DNA of 64,000 nucleotides from Moniliella sp. 'wahieum' (taxonomy: Eukaryota): positions 682,001-746,000 of the forward strand of contig RSEE01000021.1 of the NCBI GenBank assembly GCA_003971905.1, in the 5' to 3' direction. The position numbers and the translations under genes are program-made. The first letter of the stretch is position 1. Every line of letters starts with the position of its first letter. This document shows, piece by piece, positions 13,214-25,135 of this stretch. The notes beneath the pieces are model-generated. The model made no database searches. It was not told the DNA's origin and was given only the letters and a program-made list of their open reading frames with translations.

Positions 13214-15443
13214 ATGGCGTCCTTCTGGCATGTCTTCCCCCTCGCGCTCCGCGCGCTGCTCTGCCTCTTTGGCCCCGGCTACATCCACCCGACGAGTGGC
13301 ACCAAAGCGGCGAGTTTGCTGCCGCCGTGCTTCTCCCACGCGACGGCGGCGCCCAGCGCGAAAAGATGGCCGTCCCCTGGGAGTTCAACCCCGTCGCCCC
13401 CGCCCGCTCCGCCACGACCATCGTCTGGTCCCAGGCGCCGCTCCTGCTGGCCGCCTGCGTGTACCGCCACCTGGGCTGGTTCCTGTCCGCGTCCCACATC
13501 TTCTTCCTCGAGCGCGCCACCTTCCTCCTCTTCCTCACCGCCCACGACTGGCTCTTTGCCCTGCTCCTCCAGCGCGCCCACGCGCCCGTGCCCGTCCAAC
13601 GCGCCGCACGCCTCCTGTCCATCACCCCGCCGCCAGTCTCTCCATCCTTCCGCGGCCCTTCTCCAACACCCTCGAAGCGCTCCTGCTCGTCGCCGTGCTG
13701 GTGCTTGTCCAGGAACTGGCCCGCCTGCGCACCCTCGCGTCTGCCCTGTCCCCGGCTGCCGTAGCGGCGTGGCAAGCGCGATGGGCCCTGTTCACCTTCC
13801 TCCTGGGCGCCGTGGGCGCGCTGGGCTTGTTTGCCCGCTTCACCTTCCCGCTGTTTGCCCTACCTGCGGTGCTCTACTTTCTCCACCTGTCTACCAGGTC
13901 GCTACCCTGCCCGACGTCCAGGCCCGCGTGCGCCTACACCGACGGCCTCCCCTGTGGGTCCGCTTCGTGGCCAATCTCGTGCCTGGCCTGGTGGGATTTG
14001 CTGGGATGAGCGCGCTGCACATTGCGCTCGACACTTGGATCTTCCATGTGCTTGTGCCGGCGCGGGCGGACGGGTTTGGTGGTGGCGCCTGGGCGCCCAC
14101 GGGCACGTACAACACCTTTTGGCCGCCCGTTGTTGCGCCCTGGAATGCAGCATGCTACAATGCCAACGCATCCAACTTGGCCCTCCATGGCACCCATCCG
14201 CGCTGGCTCCATGCCGTGGTCAATGGCCCAATCATGATGGGCTCCTTGACGTGGGGGGGGGGTGGTGCGTCGCGCTCGTCGTCCTCGCGCGCTCCTTCCG
14301 TCCCACCAGGGACGCTGACGGCAAGCCCATCTACCCTCCTACCGCCCTCCTCGGGGATTGGAACACATCGCTCCCGCTCCTGCGTCGTACGTCCCCCCTC
14401 CCATCTCCATCTCCCACACATGCGCATGCATTTCGTTCTGCCTGCCTCGCCGGTTCTGACGCGACGTTGTGACCTCCCGTTCTTGGGGTGGACGCAGTGC
14501 TGAGCTGGACCCTGCTTGTTCCCCTGCTCGGTCTCTCGATCCAGCCGCACCAGGAACCGCGCTTCCTCGCGCCCCTCCTCGCGCCCACATGCACGCTCGT
14601 CGCTGCCTCCCTCTTCGCTCCGCGGGCCGGCCCACCTGACGCTTCCGACTCCAGTTCCGGTGCCAGCTCCAGCGCCAGCACGCAAGGCCCCGCTCCGCGC
14701 TCCCGTTCCAACTCTTGCTCCAGTCGTGGAAGTGGTTCTTCCGAGTCCATGTGACCCAGGGCATCTTGACAGCGCTCTTCTTTTCGCTGATCCACCAAGC
14801 CGGCGTCATCCCTTCCTTTCGCGCCATCAACCAGGCCGCCATGCTGGCCGCAACGGGACGGGCGAGGAACAAAGTCTACTTTGGCCCCCAAGTACCGCCA
14901 TCTCACCCCGCCGCACGAGATGCTGCCCCACCAGGCGTGGCGCGAGTTTTATGCGTCCCACCCCGCGGGTGCCCAAGGAGCAGGAGTAGGAGCAGGAGTG
15001 CCGCAGGGGATTGACGTGCACGTGTTTGCGTGGCGGGTGTACATGCCACCGTTGCACTTGTTACGACCGTTGATTCTGCCTCGCGTATCGGACGGGGGCA
15101 GTTCCAGTACCAGTTCCAGCTCCGTGTCCGCTCGCGCGGTCGACGTGCGCGTCCGCCTGCACGATCCCCCCGGGGAGGACTGGATCGACTTTCGACCGCA
15201 GATCGAAGCGCACCTCGGTCCCGCGGCCCAACACCTCGTCCTGGTCAACGGTGGGAAGATATGGTGGACCAAGCGCAGGCGATTCAACACCCTCGGTTTA
15301 TCACCTTGCTGCCTAGCCCGGCTTGGTACTTCCCCCACCTCGACACCACCTATCTCGACGCCCTCGCGTCCTTTTGGAAGACCACCCGCACTTGGATCCC
15401 CCCGGCCTACGTCGAGCTCGTCCGCGCGGTCATTGCGGCGTAA
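13214..15443 (+). CDS. SMP3: GPI mannosyltransferase 4 (SMP3/PIG-Z, GT22/Alg9-like family), frameshifted; probable intron ~14387-14497
   Basis: PGYIHP(D)EW, PWEFNP..PARS, RPFSNTLE, GLFARFTFPLFALP, YNANASNLALHGTHPRWLHAVVN, LSIQPHQEPRFLAP, HQAGVIP, WRVYMPPLHLL, PHLD. Confidence 0.9.
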
Positions 15444-16204
15444 CGCGCAATGCTCGTACCATCCTGGGCGACGAACCAGGATAGTAGGGGGAAGGCGCGT
15501 GCGTCAGGTCCTCAGGCCTCAGGCAGGAGGTCTCAAGCCCCTCAGGTTAGGTCTCAGGTAGGCCCAGTTCCATCGATCTCATCGCCGTCCGCCACCCTGC
15601 CCCCTCGCCCCCCTGCTTCCACCTTGCTCGCACTATGCACGTGAGGCAGGGGTGGACGAGGCGGCGCAGACCAAAATGCATGTACTGGACACCGCAGATT
15701 GGGTGCCAAACGGCAAGGAAGACGGGGAGGAAGGGGTGCCCGTTGGGCTCCAACCCAACCCCTCGAGCCTGTGCTCACGCAGGCGGTCGGCAGACCATAG
15801 GAGAGGTAGGATGGCGGGAAGGGCACGCTTGCCGGTGAGAGCGAGGCCAGTGGGCGAGATGGGTTAGATGGTGACAGGGGGTAAAATGGACAGCAGGCTT
15901 TCTCCAATAGAAATCGTTTCTGTCGTGCTGTGCGGAACTGTCTTGTGCAAGAGGCGCGGCGACGATGGAAGCTACCGACTGGACTAGACACTACCTACGA
16001 CTACCTGGCTCTCCACTTTGGACGCTTTGTCTCCATCTCGGCTCGGCGACGGGCCATCCGTCGCGCCGGCTGTTATTCCTTGGTGCCGCGTCCAAGCCGT
16101 CTCTTCGCGCCGTCGCAAGGCGCACGGCCGGGGGAAGAAAGAGGAGCGAGGAGGGAGGAGGATGGGACGATGGAGGGCATGCACGAGAATCGGCTTCGGA
16201 TCCA

Positions 16205-19085
16205 TCAGCTAGGCGGGGCGCGCAGCTCCAGAGGCGTGTCCTCCATCTGCGCGCTCTCAAACGCGTCGGCCCACACCTGCCGCACATACTCCACCTCCGC
16301 CTCGCTCGGTACCGCGTCGTGCCCGAGCCAGGCGGCGATCCAAGCACTCAGCTCCGCCCGCTCCCCGCCCGCCTCGGCATCCAGCAGCGCCAGCGCCAAC
16401 GTCAGCCGCGTCGGCCGTACAGCCAGCCGCCGCTGCCACCCCACCAGCACCACCACCTCGTCCTCCGCTGCCCCCTCCAGCGGCGGCCCCCGCCCCGCCC
16501 CCACCGCCGCCCGAGCCAGCTGCAGCTGGTACACCGCCAGCGCATACGCCGACAGACGCGCATCAAAGTACAGCGCTTGCCCCGCCCCGAGCGCTCGCCC
16601 ACCGTCCAGAACGCCGCTACCACTTCCTCCGACTGGGCCGCAGCGGCAGCGGTTGGGTTTGCGTACGCGGTCGCCGCATCGTCCGCCTCTGTCTCCGCGT
16701 CTGCGTCTGCATCTGCGTCATACACCCGCGGCGTAGGCGTAGGCGAAGTCGGAGATGGACATGGAGATGGAGATTGAGATGGAGGGGCCGCCGGCGCTAC
16801 CGCCCTGCTCGCTCCCATGTCCGCGCCGGCAGAAGCGCGTCCACAATCGCTGCGGTGAACCAACGCCGGGCAGGGGCGTCGGCGGTGGCGTTGGCGGCGG
16901 TGCCCGTGCCCGTGCGACGGCGTGCGCGCTGCTCCTCGAGCGGATGGGCGAGCTGGGCCAACTTGGGCGCCTGGCCCAGCAGCGCCGTGCGGAACATCTG
17001 CGCGGCCAAGGCCATGGGCGGTAGGGCGTGCCAGCCGAGCCGGGGCCGACGAGCAGGTGGGCCGTCTGGCGGGTGAGCCAGGGCACAGTGGAGCGGGCGA
17101 GGGCGCGGTCCAGTTGGCGCCCCTGCCCTTGCGCGGGTGGTAGAACGGGTAGGAGGCCTTGCAGGCACACCGCAGAGCCAGGTCCAGACACGCTGTGTCG
17201 GGCCGGATGCCATGGCGCACGACCGCCACGTCAAACCAGACGAACGCCATGGCGGGCGAGGTGGGAAAGAGTACCTCCAGCGTCCGCTTCAGCATCATCG
17301 TGCCCTGCAGCAGCCTGTCGTCGCCGTCGCCGTCGCCGTCGCCCACCACACGCAAATGGTTCGCCAACAGCGCTCGCCCTTCCGACCACTGCCGTACCCG
17401 GATCAGCGCCACCGTCGCCAACGTCAGCACCTCCACGCTCACCGGCACCTCGGCCTCTTCCAACAAGATCCACAGACTCAGCACGCCATCGTTCGACTCG
17501 AGCCGTTCGCACAGCTCCATCGCCCGCTTGCCCACCGCTTGCACGCGTGCCACCCCACCCCGCATCCGCCATGGGCGACGCAAGGTAATCCTGCACCGCA
17601 TCCAAAATCGTCTGCTGCACAAAACGATCCACCACCTTGCGTTTCCGCTCGGGCTGGGCCATCTCGGCAACGTTAAAGGCATGCGTCAGATCGGGAAGCG
17701 CAACGTTCGCCTGTTGCAACAATCGTGCCAACTCGCGCGTCGCCACCTCTGTATCTTCCATCTCCAACGTCGCGTGTTGCCCCCATAAACTCTTCCAGGT
17801 GTCCCAGCGCCTCACCTGCCTCCCCCTCCCTGTCCAACGCTAACAATGCCTTGCGCACATGCATCAGCGTCTGCCGCGCTTGCGTCACAGGCTGCCAGTG
17901 TAACTGCCACGTCTCCCGCGTGGGCCGGGAGATGAACTTGCGCGGTTGCGCCGCGTGCGAGCCAGCAAAACGAGGCGCCACCGAGGGGGGGAGGCAGCAC
18001 TGGGGGAGGTGCTGGTGCTGGTAGTGGTGGTAGCGGTGGTATTGGCGGTAGTGGTAGTGGTGTGTATTAGTAGGAGTCGTGGTATTATCCGCCTTGGTGT
18101 CGGGGGGGTCGAATGTGTCACGCAAGGCTTCCCCAGTAGGTACGATGGCGCGGCCAAACAGGGCCAACGCGCCCGTAGTTTCTCCGCCCCGGATCCCATC
18201 TCTGCCCTGCTCCTCTGCCTCGGGTTCGTCTTGGGTGGGAGCGTCGGCAGGGGGGACGAGGGGAATGGGGAGATGGTCGCGCTGGATGAGGGTGAGACGG
18301 GTGAGGCGGGTGGCCAAACTGGTGATCCAGGGCGCGAATTGGGTCCAGCGGTGGTGGACCAGCCAGTGATCGGTCGCGAGACGAATGAGATGGGCGCTGC
18401 CCACCACCGAGCCAGACCCGCGGCGAGGGAGAGGTCCAAGGACGACTGGAGGAGGAGCACATTTTGGGCGTGCGCGACAGCTCAATCGCCCTTTTGAGCA
18501 GAAACGTGGGCCAGACCAGCGCGCCACTGATGGCCATGGTCCGGTGCAGATCCTCAAACGTCGTGCACGCCAGCCCCACACACCACGCTACAAACTCACG
18601 CTCGTGGATGCCGCGCGTTTGCAGCTCCAGCAGCAGGTCCTCGGCCGCGATGCTCGACGCAGCAGGCACACCGCCGTCGGGCCAGCGCTGGGCGAGTTGT
18701 ACAGCTGCTCCAGCGTTTCGGGCGCATGGTGCAGCGAAGCGAGCTGGGCAGGGCTGGGCCGGAAGCGCGTGGCCAGCGCGCCCTTGAAGAGGCGGGCGAG
18801 GGGGATGGTCTGGAGGTCGTGCTGGGTGAGGTGCGGGGCGCGGGGGCGGCGGGGGGGGGGGGCGTGAAGCGCAGCTGGCGGCGGGGCGGCGGGGCGCGGA
18901 AGACGCAGCTAATGGGGGGCGCGGCGGGCGGGAGGCGAAGGCGCGGAGCGGGGGAAGGAGAAGGGGTGGGGATGGGCTGGGGCTGGGGATGGGGATGCGG
19001 CTGCGGCGCGGTGGCGGTGGCGAGGGCGCGGGAGAAGGAGGTGGTGGGGGGGGCAGGCGCCGTGGCGGGGACGCAGAGCAGGCAT
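16205..19085 (-). CDS. Probable mitochondrial PPR/helical-repeat protein
   Basis: Arg/Ala/Pro-rich presequence-like start (MPALRPRHG), helical segments, PPR-like HGIRPDTACLDLALR, C-terminal WIAAWLGHDAVPSEAEV; frameshifted, ends approximate. Confidence 0.5.
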
Positions 19086-19190
19086 CGGACCCGCCGGCGC
19101 GCTGCTTGGGGATGGTGTGGTGTAAGTGCGTGGTGTTGTTCCCGCCGCTTCTTCTCGCCAAAAGCGAATATCTGGGACGGACATCCCCCA

Positions 19191-19230
19191 CAACCCTAGC
19201 ACCCCCCGCGCCACACCCCCGCTAGGGTTG
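19191..19230. promoter_or_regulatory. Inverted pair of telobox-like sites in the divergent PPR/eIF2-gamma promoter
   Basis: CAACCCTAGC (19191-19200) and its exact reverse complement GCTAGGGTTG (19221-19230), 20-nt spacer. Confidence 0.65.
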
Positions 19231-19370
19231 CCACGTGCCGCTTATCTCAGCGCCGCGCCACTCGGCCAGTCGCCGTCGTACGTAAGTCGACGCCTTCTTC
19301 GCCCACCGCCATCGCCGCCATCGCCGCCTCCACCGCCGCCACCGCCTCCCGCACCCCCCCCGCACCCCCC

Positions 19371-20787
19371 ATGGCCTTCGACGAGCTCCAGGCTCCGGCC
19401 ACCATCGACAGCATCACCGACGGCGTCCGCAACATCCGCGTCGACGCCACCGCCCTCACCCCCCTCTCCCCCGAGGTCATCCGCCGCCAGGCCACCATCA
19501 ACATCGGCACCATCGGCCATGTCGCCCACGGCAAGTCCACCGTAGTCAAGGCCATCTCCGGCGTCCAGACCGTCCGCTTCAAGAACGAGCTCGTGCGCAA
19601 CATCACCATCAAGCTCGGCTACGCCAACGCCAAGATCTACAAGTGCGACAACCCCGACTGCCTCCGCCCCGGCAACTACGCCTCCTTCCCCAGTGACACC
19701 GAGGACCACCCCAAGTGCGCCCGCCCCGGCTGCTCCGGCACCCTCAACCTCGTCCGCCACGTCTCCTTTGTCGACTGCCCCGGCCGACATCCTGATGGCC
19801 ACCATGCTCAACGGTGCCGCCGTCATGGACGCCGCACTGCTCCTCGTCGCCGCCAACGAGCCCTGCCCGCAGCCGCAAACGTCGGAGCACTTGGCCGCCG
19901 TGGAGATTATGCGGCTGGACCACATTATCATCCTTCAAAACAAGGTCGACCTCATCCGCGAAGAGGCCGCCCAGGAACATTGGCGCCAAATCAAGCGATT
20001 CACCCACAAAACCCAAGCTGCCAACTCACCCATTGTGCCCATCTGCGCCCAGCTCAAGTACAACATTGATGCCGTCCTGGAACAGCTGGTTACCACCACC
20101 ATCCCCATCCCCATCCGCGACTTTACCGCCCCGGCCCGCCTGATCATCATCCGTTCCTTTGACGTCACAAGCCCGGCGCAGAGGTGGAGGAGTTGCAGGG
20201 CGGTGTGGCCGGTGGCTCGATCCTCCGCGGCGTTCTCAAGGTGGGCCAAAAAGTGGAGGTGCGGCCCGGTTTGAGCACCCGAGATGAGCAAGGCAACCTG
20301 CTCACTATGCCTATCCAAACCCGTGTCGTCTCGCTCCATGCGGAACACAACAACTTGGACTTTGCCGTGCCTGGTGGCCTGATTGGCGCCGGGACCAAGA
20401 TGGACCCGACGCTGTGTCGCGGAGATGGGATTGTGGGACAAGTACTGGGCGAGACGGGGTCGCTGCCGACGGTATACCATGAACTTGAGCTGTCCTACTT
20501 CCTCCTGCGTCGGCTGTTGGGTGTCGCGTCCGACGACAAGAAACAGATCAAGGTGCGCAAACTCGAGGCGGGAGAGGTACTGATGCTTTCCATTGGATCC
20601 CTCACCACGGGTGGAAGGGTGCTGTCGATCAAGGCGGACATGGTGCGCATCGCACTCACCAAGCCCGTGTGCGCCGACTATGATGAAAAGGTCGCGCTGT
20701 TCGCGGCGTGTGGACAAGCACTGGCGTCTGATTGGCTGGGGCAACGTCAAGGCCGGCCAGGCCACCCCGCTCAAGGAACACAACTGA
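19371..20787 (+). CDS. GCD11: Translation initiation factor eIF2 gamma subunit (no intron seen; several 1-2 nt deletions)
   Basis: [102 protein letters not shown]. Confidence 0.97.
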
Positions 20788-23700
20788 CGAACGAATGGCT
20801 GTCTGTGTACCGTCGACTTTATCCTTGCATTCACGTCTACTGCTCCGATTGCACGCTGTGGTGGGGGGGGAGTCAGAAGCTAGGTTGGTACAGGTTCTAG
20901 TCCCCAGTCAGTCTGTATTGTACTAGGTAGGCCAACTAACAACAGCAAACCCGTACCGCAGGACTATTAGTAAGGATTGCAGAGCTGGTTGGTTTGGATC
21001 ATCTCGTTCCATTTTCCATATATCCCACCAGTATGCCCGGGCGAATGTGGGTAGGATGGACACGGGTATAGGATTGTCTGGGCGAAGCCTGCCAGCGCCG
21101 ACAGCTTTCGCCATCAGCAGTCTTTGCCATTCGAGCGCGAACGACTTGAGCATGTCATTGAGCATGTCATGGGCGAGGCTGCTAGTAGCTTCTGGAACTC
21201 AAGGGTACGCTTTGCTGGCCCCGCTGACGACCACAGTCGACCTGTATTTTACTGCTTCTGTCTATGTATTCTCCTGTGCCGGGAGATGTTGCCATTCCAT
21301 CATCACCCCATCAATCCATCTATCGCATCTATAGGCAAAACATTTTCCTTCCCCCGCCGGCCTTGCCTTCCATCCATATCTCTGTCCGCTTCTCTTCCCG
21401 GTATTACCGGGTGCTTGCTTACATCCTTCAGCCTCTCTTCCTATTTTCCACCCTCTTTAGTTCATGTGAGTGTAGTAGGGGGCTGATTTTATGCACTCTG
21501 GTTGGATTGTTTGTGCCTGTGCTTGGCTTTTCTAACTTGCCCACGCAACACGGCCACACTCACGCCACTCTCGTTGTGGCGGCCGCAACCCCTCACCTCA
21601 ATGCTTTTGTCCGCCGGCAAATTCTACCCATTCCTTACCTGTTAGCGTCATACCGAAAACCACGTTCTGCAAATGATTATAACCTCTCCCCGTTGTCCCT
21701 ACTCCACACATCGGATCGGATCCACCGCCCTCCTTCAAAATGCTTCTGAGCCTCACCTGTTTGATGCGGAGCCACCTCTTCCGTGGAGCAGCGTTCATAT
21801 GTTTTCCTCCCCCCCGCCGCCCTTGGGGTGCCCACTGTGGAAAATGGACGACTTCCGTGGCTCCCGGGCCTGCACAGTGCGTGTATACTGCATGAGGGAA
21901 AATCGCGCCTGCTGTGACTATAAAGAGCATTGCTGGGTTCCCTCAACTTTAAAGCAGAGCAACTGCCAGTGTGCGCGTCATCGCTCTCGGGAGCGTAACT
22001 ATAACTGCTTGGCACGGGCATATAGTGGAGCTGTGGGTCTCACGACCCAAAACTAAAGTGAGTGTTCCCTTGAACAAACTCTGGCCGTGCAGTTCATGGC
22101 CGACCCACAGCCTATTACTTTTCAACTCTGTCGTCGACCGATCCGACCTGAGGGGGGAAGCGAGGTGAGAACCCGTTTTCAGCAGCGTGTCGACTCGCAT
22201 GACAAGAAAACACCCGATCGGGCAAGCCAAGGGGACGTGAATTCCTTGGCCTCACAGGGTTGCCTCGAACGGCGGGTTAACTTCACCCCCACTTTTCGGC
22301 ACCTATATATCAAAAACTCGCCGATTGGATACACAGGGAGTACCATGTCCATTTTATGTACTTGGTGGAACAGGGAGAGAGGAAGAATGTCCTGTATGGG
22401 ATGAAGAATGAGGAGCGAGGGGAGGGGCGAATTCAGTTCTTCGAACATCGGTTAACTCAGACTTTGATGACTGATGAGAACGCGCTCATATAGAGAGAAA
22501 AAGGCAACTATACTGCTAGTAGCAACAACCATTCATTCACCGTAGAGCTGGCAGTGAGTCGTCGTTCCGCTGTGGAGAGGCGGCACTAATATACACTTAA
22601 TGTGAGAGCAAGTTAGATCCAGGAGAGAGCTGGGCGAGATGATGATCAAACCTGCCTCACCGCCATAGGAGAAAGGGAATAACGAATGTTTTCTCTGTTG
22701 CTGGCGGGTTGCATCCTGATCGGACCGCCGCCAATTTGGACTATGGGCTACTTCCACTTTTGTTTATGCCCTGTACCCCCGCCCCCAACTAAGACTGGGT
22801 GGTGCAGGGACCACACCTCTGTGCATGGACTATTAGTTGGCAGGCTCGTTCCAGTCGGACCACATCGCCCCCACTGCAAAAGGCATCGTACCACAGGGTT
22901 GGAACGCGTCTGCATACGCCTCTATGTTCACTATGGTCTCTATCATTCTTCGAGAAGGTAGTAGCTTATCTGTTGTTTGTTTTCCGAACATATATAGTGC
23001 TTGAATCCGATGTTGCTCACCTCCGTTAAATCCGAACGGCGCCTTTCTCATGATGCCCAAAAGGCCACAGGGATAATGCGAAGACGGGCTGGCGAGCTCA
23101 CAGGCGAGCCTACGCGCCCTATTCGCTCCGTGTGGGCCACCTGACGCAAAGGCGAAGATGATGATAGAGAAACGTGAGGCAGCGGCCGATCAAAAAGTGA
23201 AGACCTCTCTTGTGAAGGAGAGCGTACTGTTTTTACTTGCTGGACTCACTCCCCTGATTTAATTCCAATCTTATCCGACCGGAGTCCAAAGCTCGTTCCC
23301 AACCCCAACATACTTCCAATCTTGGAGTCACCGTACCTTATCTCCCTGTGGCCCAAACACTCATCGGCCACGTATATCCGTCGCAACGAGACTAGCTAGT
23401 GGATCCTTATACCTCTGTTTACCTATTCTGCTCCCTGTCCTCCCGATTTCATTCCTGTTGAAAATGGAGCCCAGCACGTCTCCATTGGTTTTGCTGTTAC
23501 CCGAGGGGAAACTTTCTCTCTTCGTGGCACTGCTTCCTGTACACAGCGGATTTCAAAAAGAGGTAAAAATGTCAGCGATGTCCGGGAGCTGACATCGGCT
23601 ACGTGTTTGCTTGGGTTTGAGGAAAATGATGTGAGCGAGGTCATATTGACCCATCGCAATGCAAAAAAGTACCCTCGAAGACGATTGCACTGCATTCGAT

Positions 23701-23795
23701 GGTACTAGAATGAGTAGTAGTGTAAAATGTAATACCGATAATAACCCAGGGAGAGCGAGCAAGGAGGATCAGATTCGTCAGATACGTCGCCCACG

Positions 23796-23930
23796 GGCAT
23801 CAATGACGTTTCTGACGTTCACGGGGGTGACGTCGGCGACATAACTGACCTGCAGGGGGATGACATCGAGGACATATCTGACGTTCAGGGTGGTGACATC
23901 GACGACGTCACTGACCTGCAGCGCGCTGAC
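23796..23930 (+). repeat. ~4.5 x 30-nt coding-like tandem repeat (GINDVSDVHG GDVGDITDLQ GDDIEDISDVQ GGDIDDVTDLQ)
   Basis: GTGACATCGACGACGTCACTGACCTGCAG-type units at 30-nt spacing, open in one frame, alternating units most alike. Confidence 0.85.
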
Positions 23931-24633
23931 AGAATTGCCTCACCCGGGCAAATTACTCCTCTGACATTTTTGAAGGTATTTTATGTCTTAAACATAAATG
24001 ATGTCTTTTGGTGATCCTCTGTGTAGTCTTCCCTGGTATTTCAATTCGCCGTCACTTCTCTTTTAGTCCCCGCCGTCTCCAAAGATCGGGGCTTTCCCCG
24101 ACGATTCATTGGTGTCTCCACTTCCTTCGTCAATTTGTTCAATAGGGACGATTCCCTCGCAGTTTAGCCACTTGTTCGGATTTCCAACTTTTTACCCCCA
24201 CAGTAGCTCAGCTCCAGATTATCAGTGGTTAACCTGGGATTTAGTACCCCCCCTTAATTGAGAACAGCGTCGTCCTTCGCGGCCTCTGCTTCCATCCCCG
24301 TAATTAACGGTTTCACAAAGGCTACTTACTCTCCGTGCCTGCGTACCTCTGTGATACACAATGAACCACGGAATATATAGGCCGGGATCCCTATCTCTTT
24401 CTTTAGGATTTTCCATAACCTCTCCCAATACCAAGTGTACCTCACAAGTTAATACGTATGCAATTAACTTGTCCAAACCCTGCGTCGACAGCAACTCACA
24501 GTCCACCACAAAATGTAATGTTTCGAAACACGAAAGCCTGAATATGCTGTAACTATTCTGAGGTTTGGCAGGTGGGGTTATTGTCCAGCACCAACTGTCG
24601 CGTAAAAGACATCCGATTGGGCCAGAGAAAAAA

Positions 24634-25135
24634 ATGTCACTAAGGTCACGTCAGAGTGATGTACATCATCTCTATGGATGGATCGCATAAAATCGTGCTG
24701 ACATCCGTTCGACCTAGATTGCCCGAATCCGGAGTAAGGCTTCGTTTGCGGGCCGGCCAGATTGGGAGACAGAGGGCTTAATAATTACCACGGCTTAGAG
24801 CGCGGACTATGCCCAAGACGCCCCGGTTCTAGGACACAGGAAAACTGCAAAAGCGATCTTGGATGTAACTGAGATAAAATGTTGCCTAGGAACGAAATGC
24901 CACTTGGGGAGACCCGTGTATGACTACGCGATCAGTTCCAAATCCGTCGTCAACACCCGTGAGCCTGAAGTCAGTAAAAAATCTCCCATAGTGAGCCGTC
25001 ACAGGTTACCACAGTGAGGCTAATGTGGGGCCTCCAACATTTCACAAGCCCAGTGGGAGGGATGAAGACATAACAGGAAGAAAGAGTAAGAAGCTAACAC
25101 GCGTGTTTCGTCAGCGATTTGTCCTTTTCCTGTAG
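24634..25135 (+). pseudogene. Degenerate PD-(D/E)XK-nuclease-like reading frame
   Basis: One frame gives QSDVHHL...FAGRPDW (GRPD 24751-24762)...AILDVTEIK (EIK 24871-24879) with stops at 24688, 24715 and 24796; KLTRVFRQ follows in another frame (25091-25114). Motif match by eye only. Confidence 0.35.

Noticed and set aside
21994..22005. CGTAACTATAAC resembling the start of the I-CeuI site in LSU rRNA
   Set aside because: The match ends after about 12 nt and there is no rRNA context.
23076..23101. Inverted similarity ATGCG-AAGACGGGCTGGCGAGC to 28785-28811
   Set aside because: Only ~26 nt with a gap and no convincing extension on the upstream side; could be chance.
23796..23930. 30-nt repeats as a CRISPR array
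   Set aside because: Units are contiguous with no unique spacers, vary in a codon-like way, and the context is eukaryotic with no cas genes.
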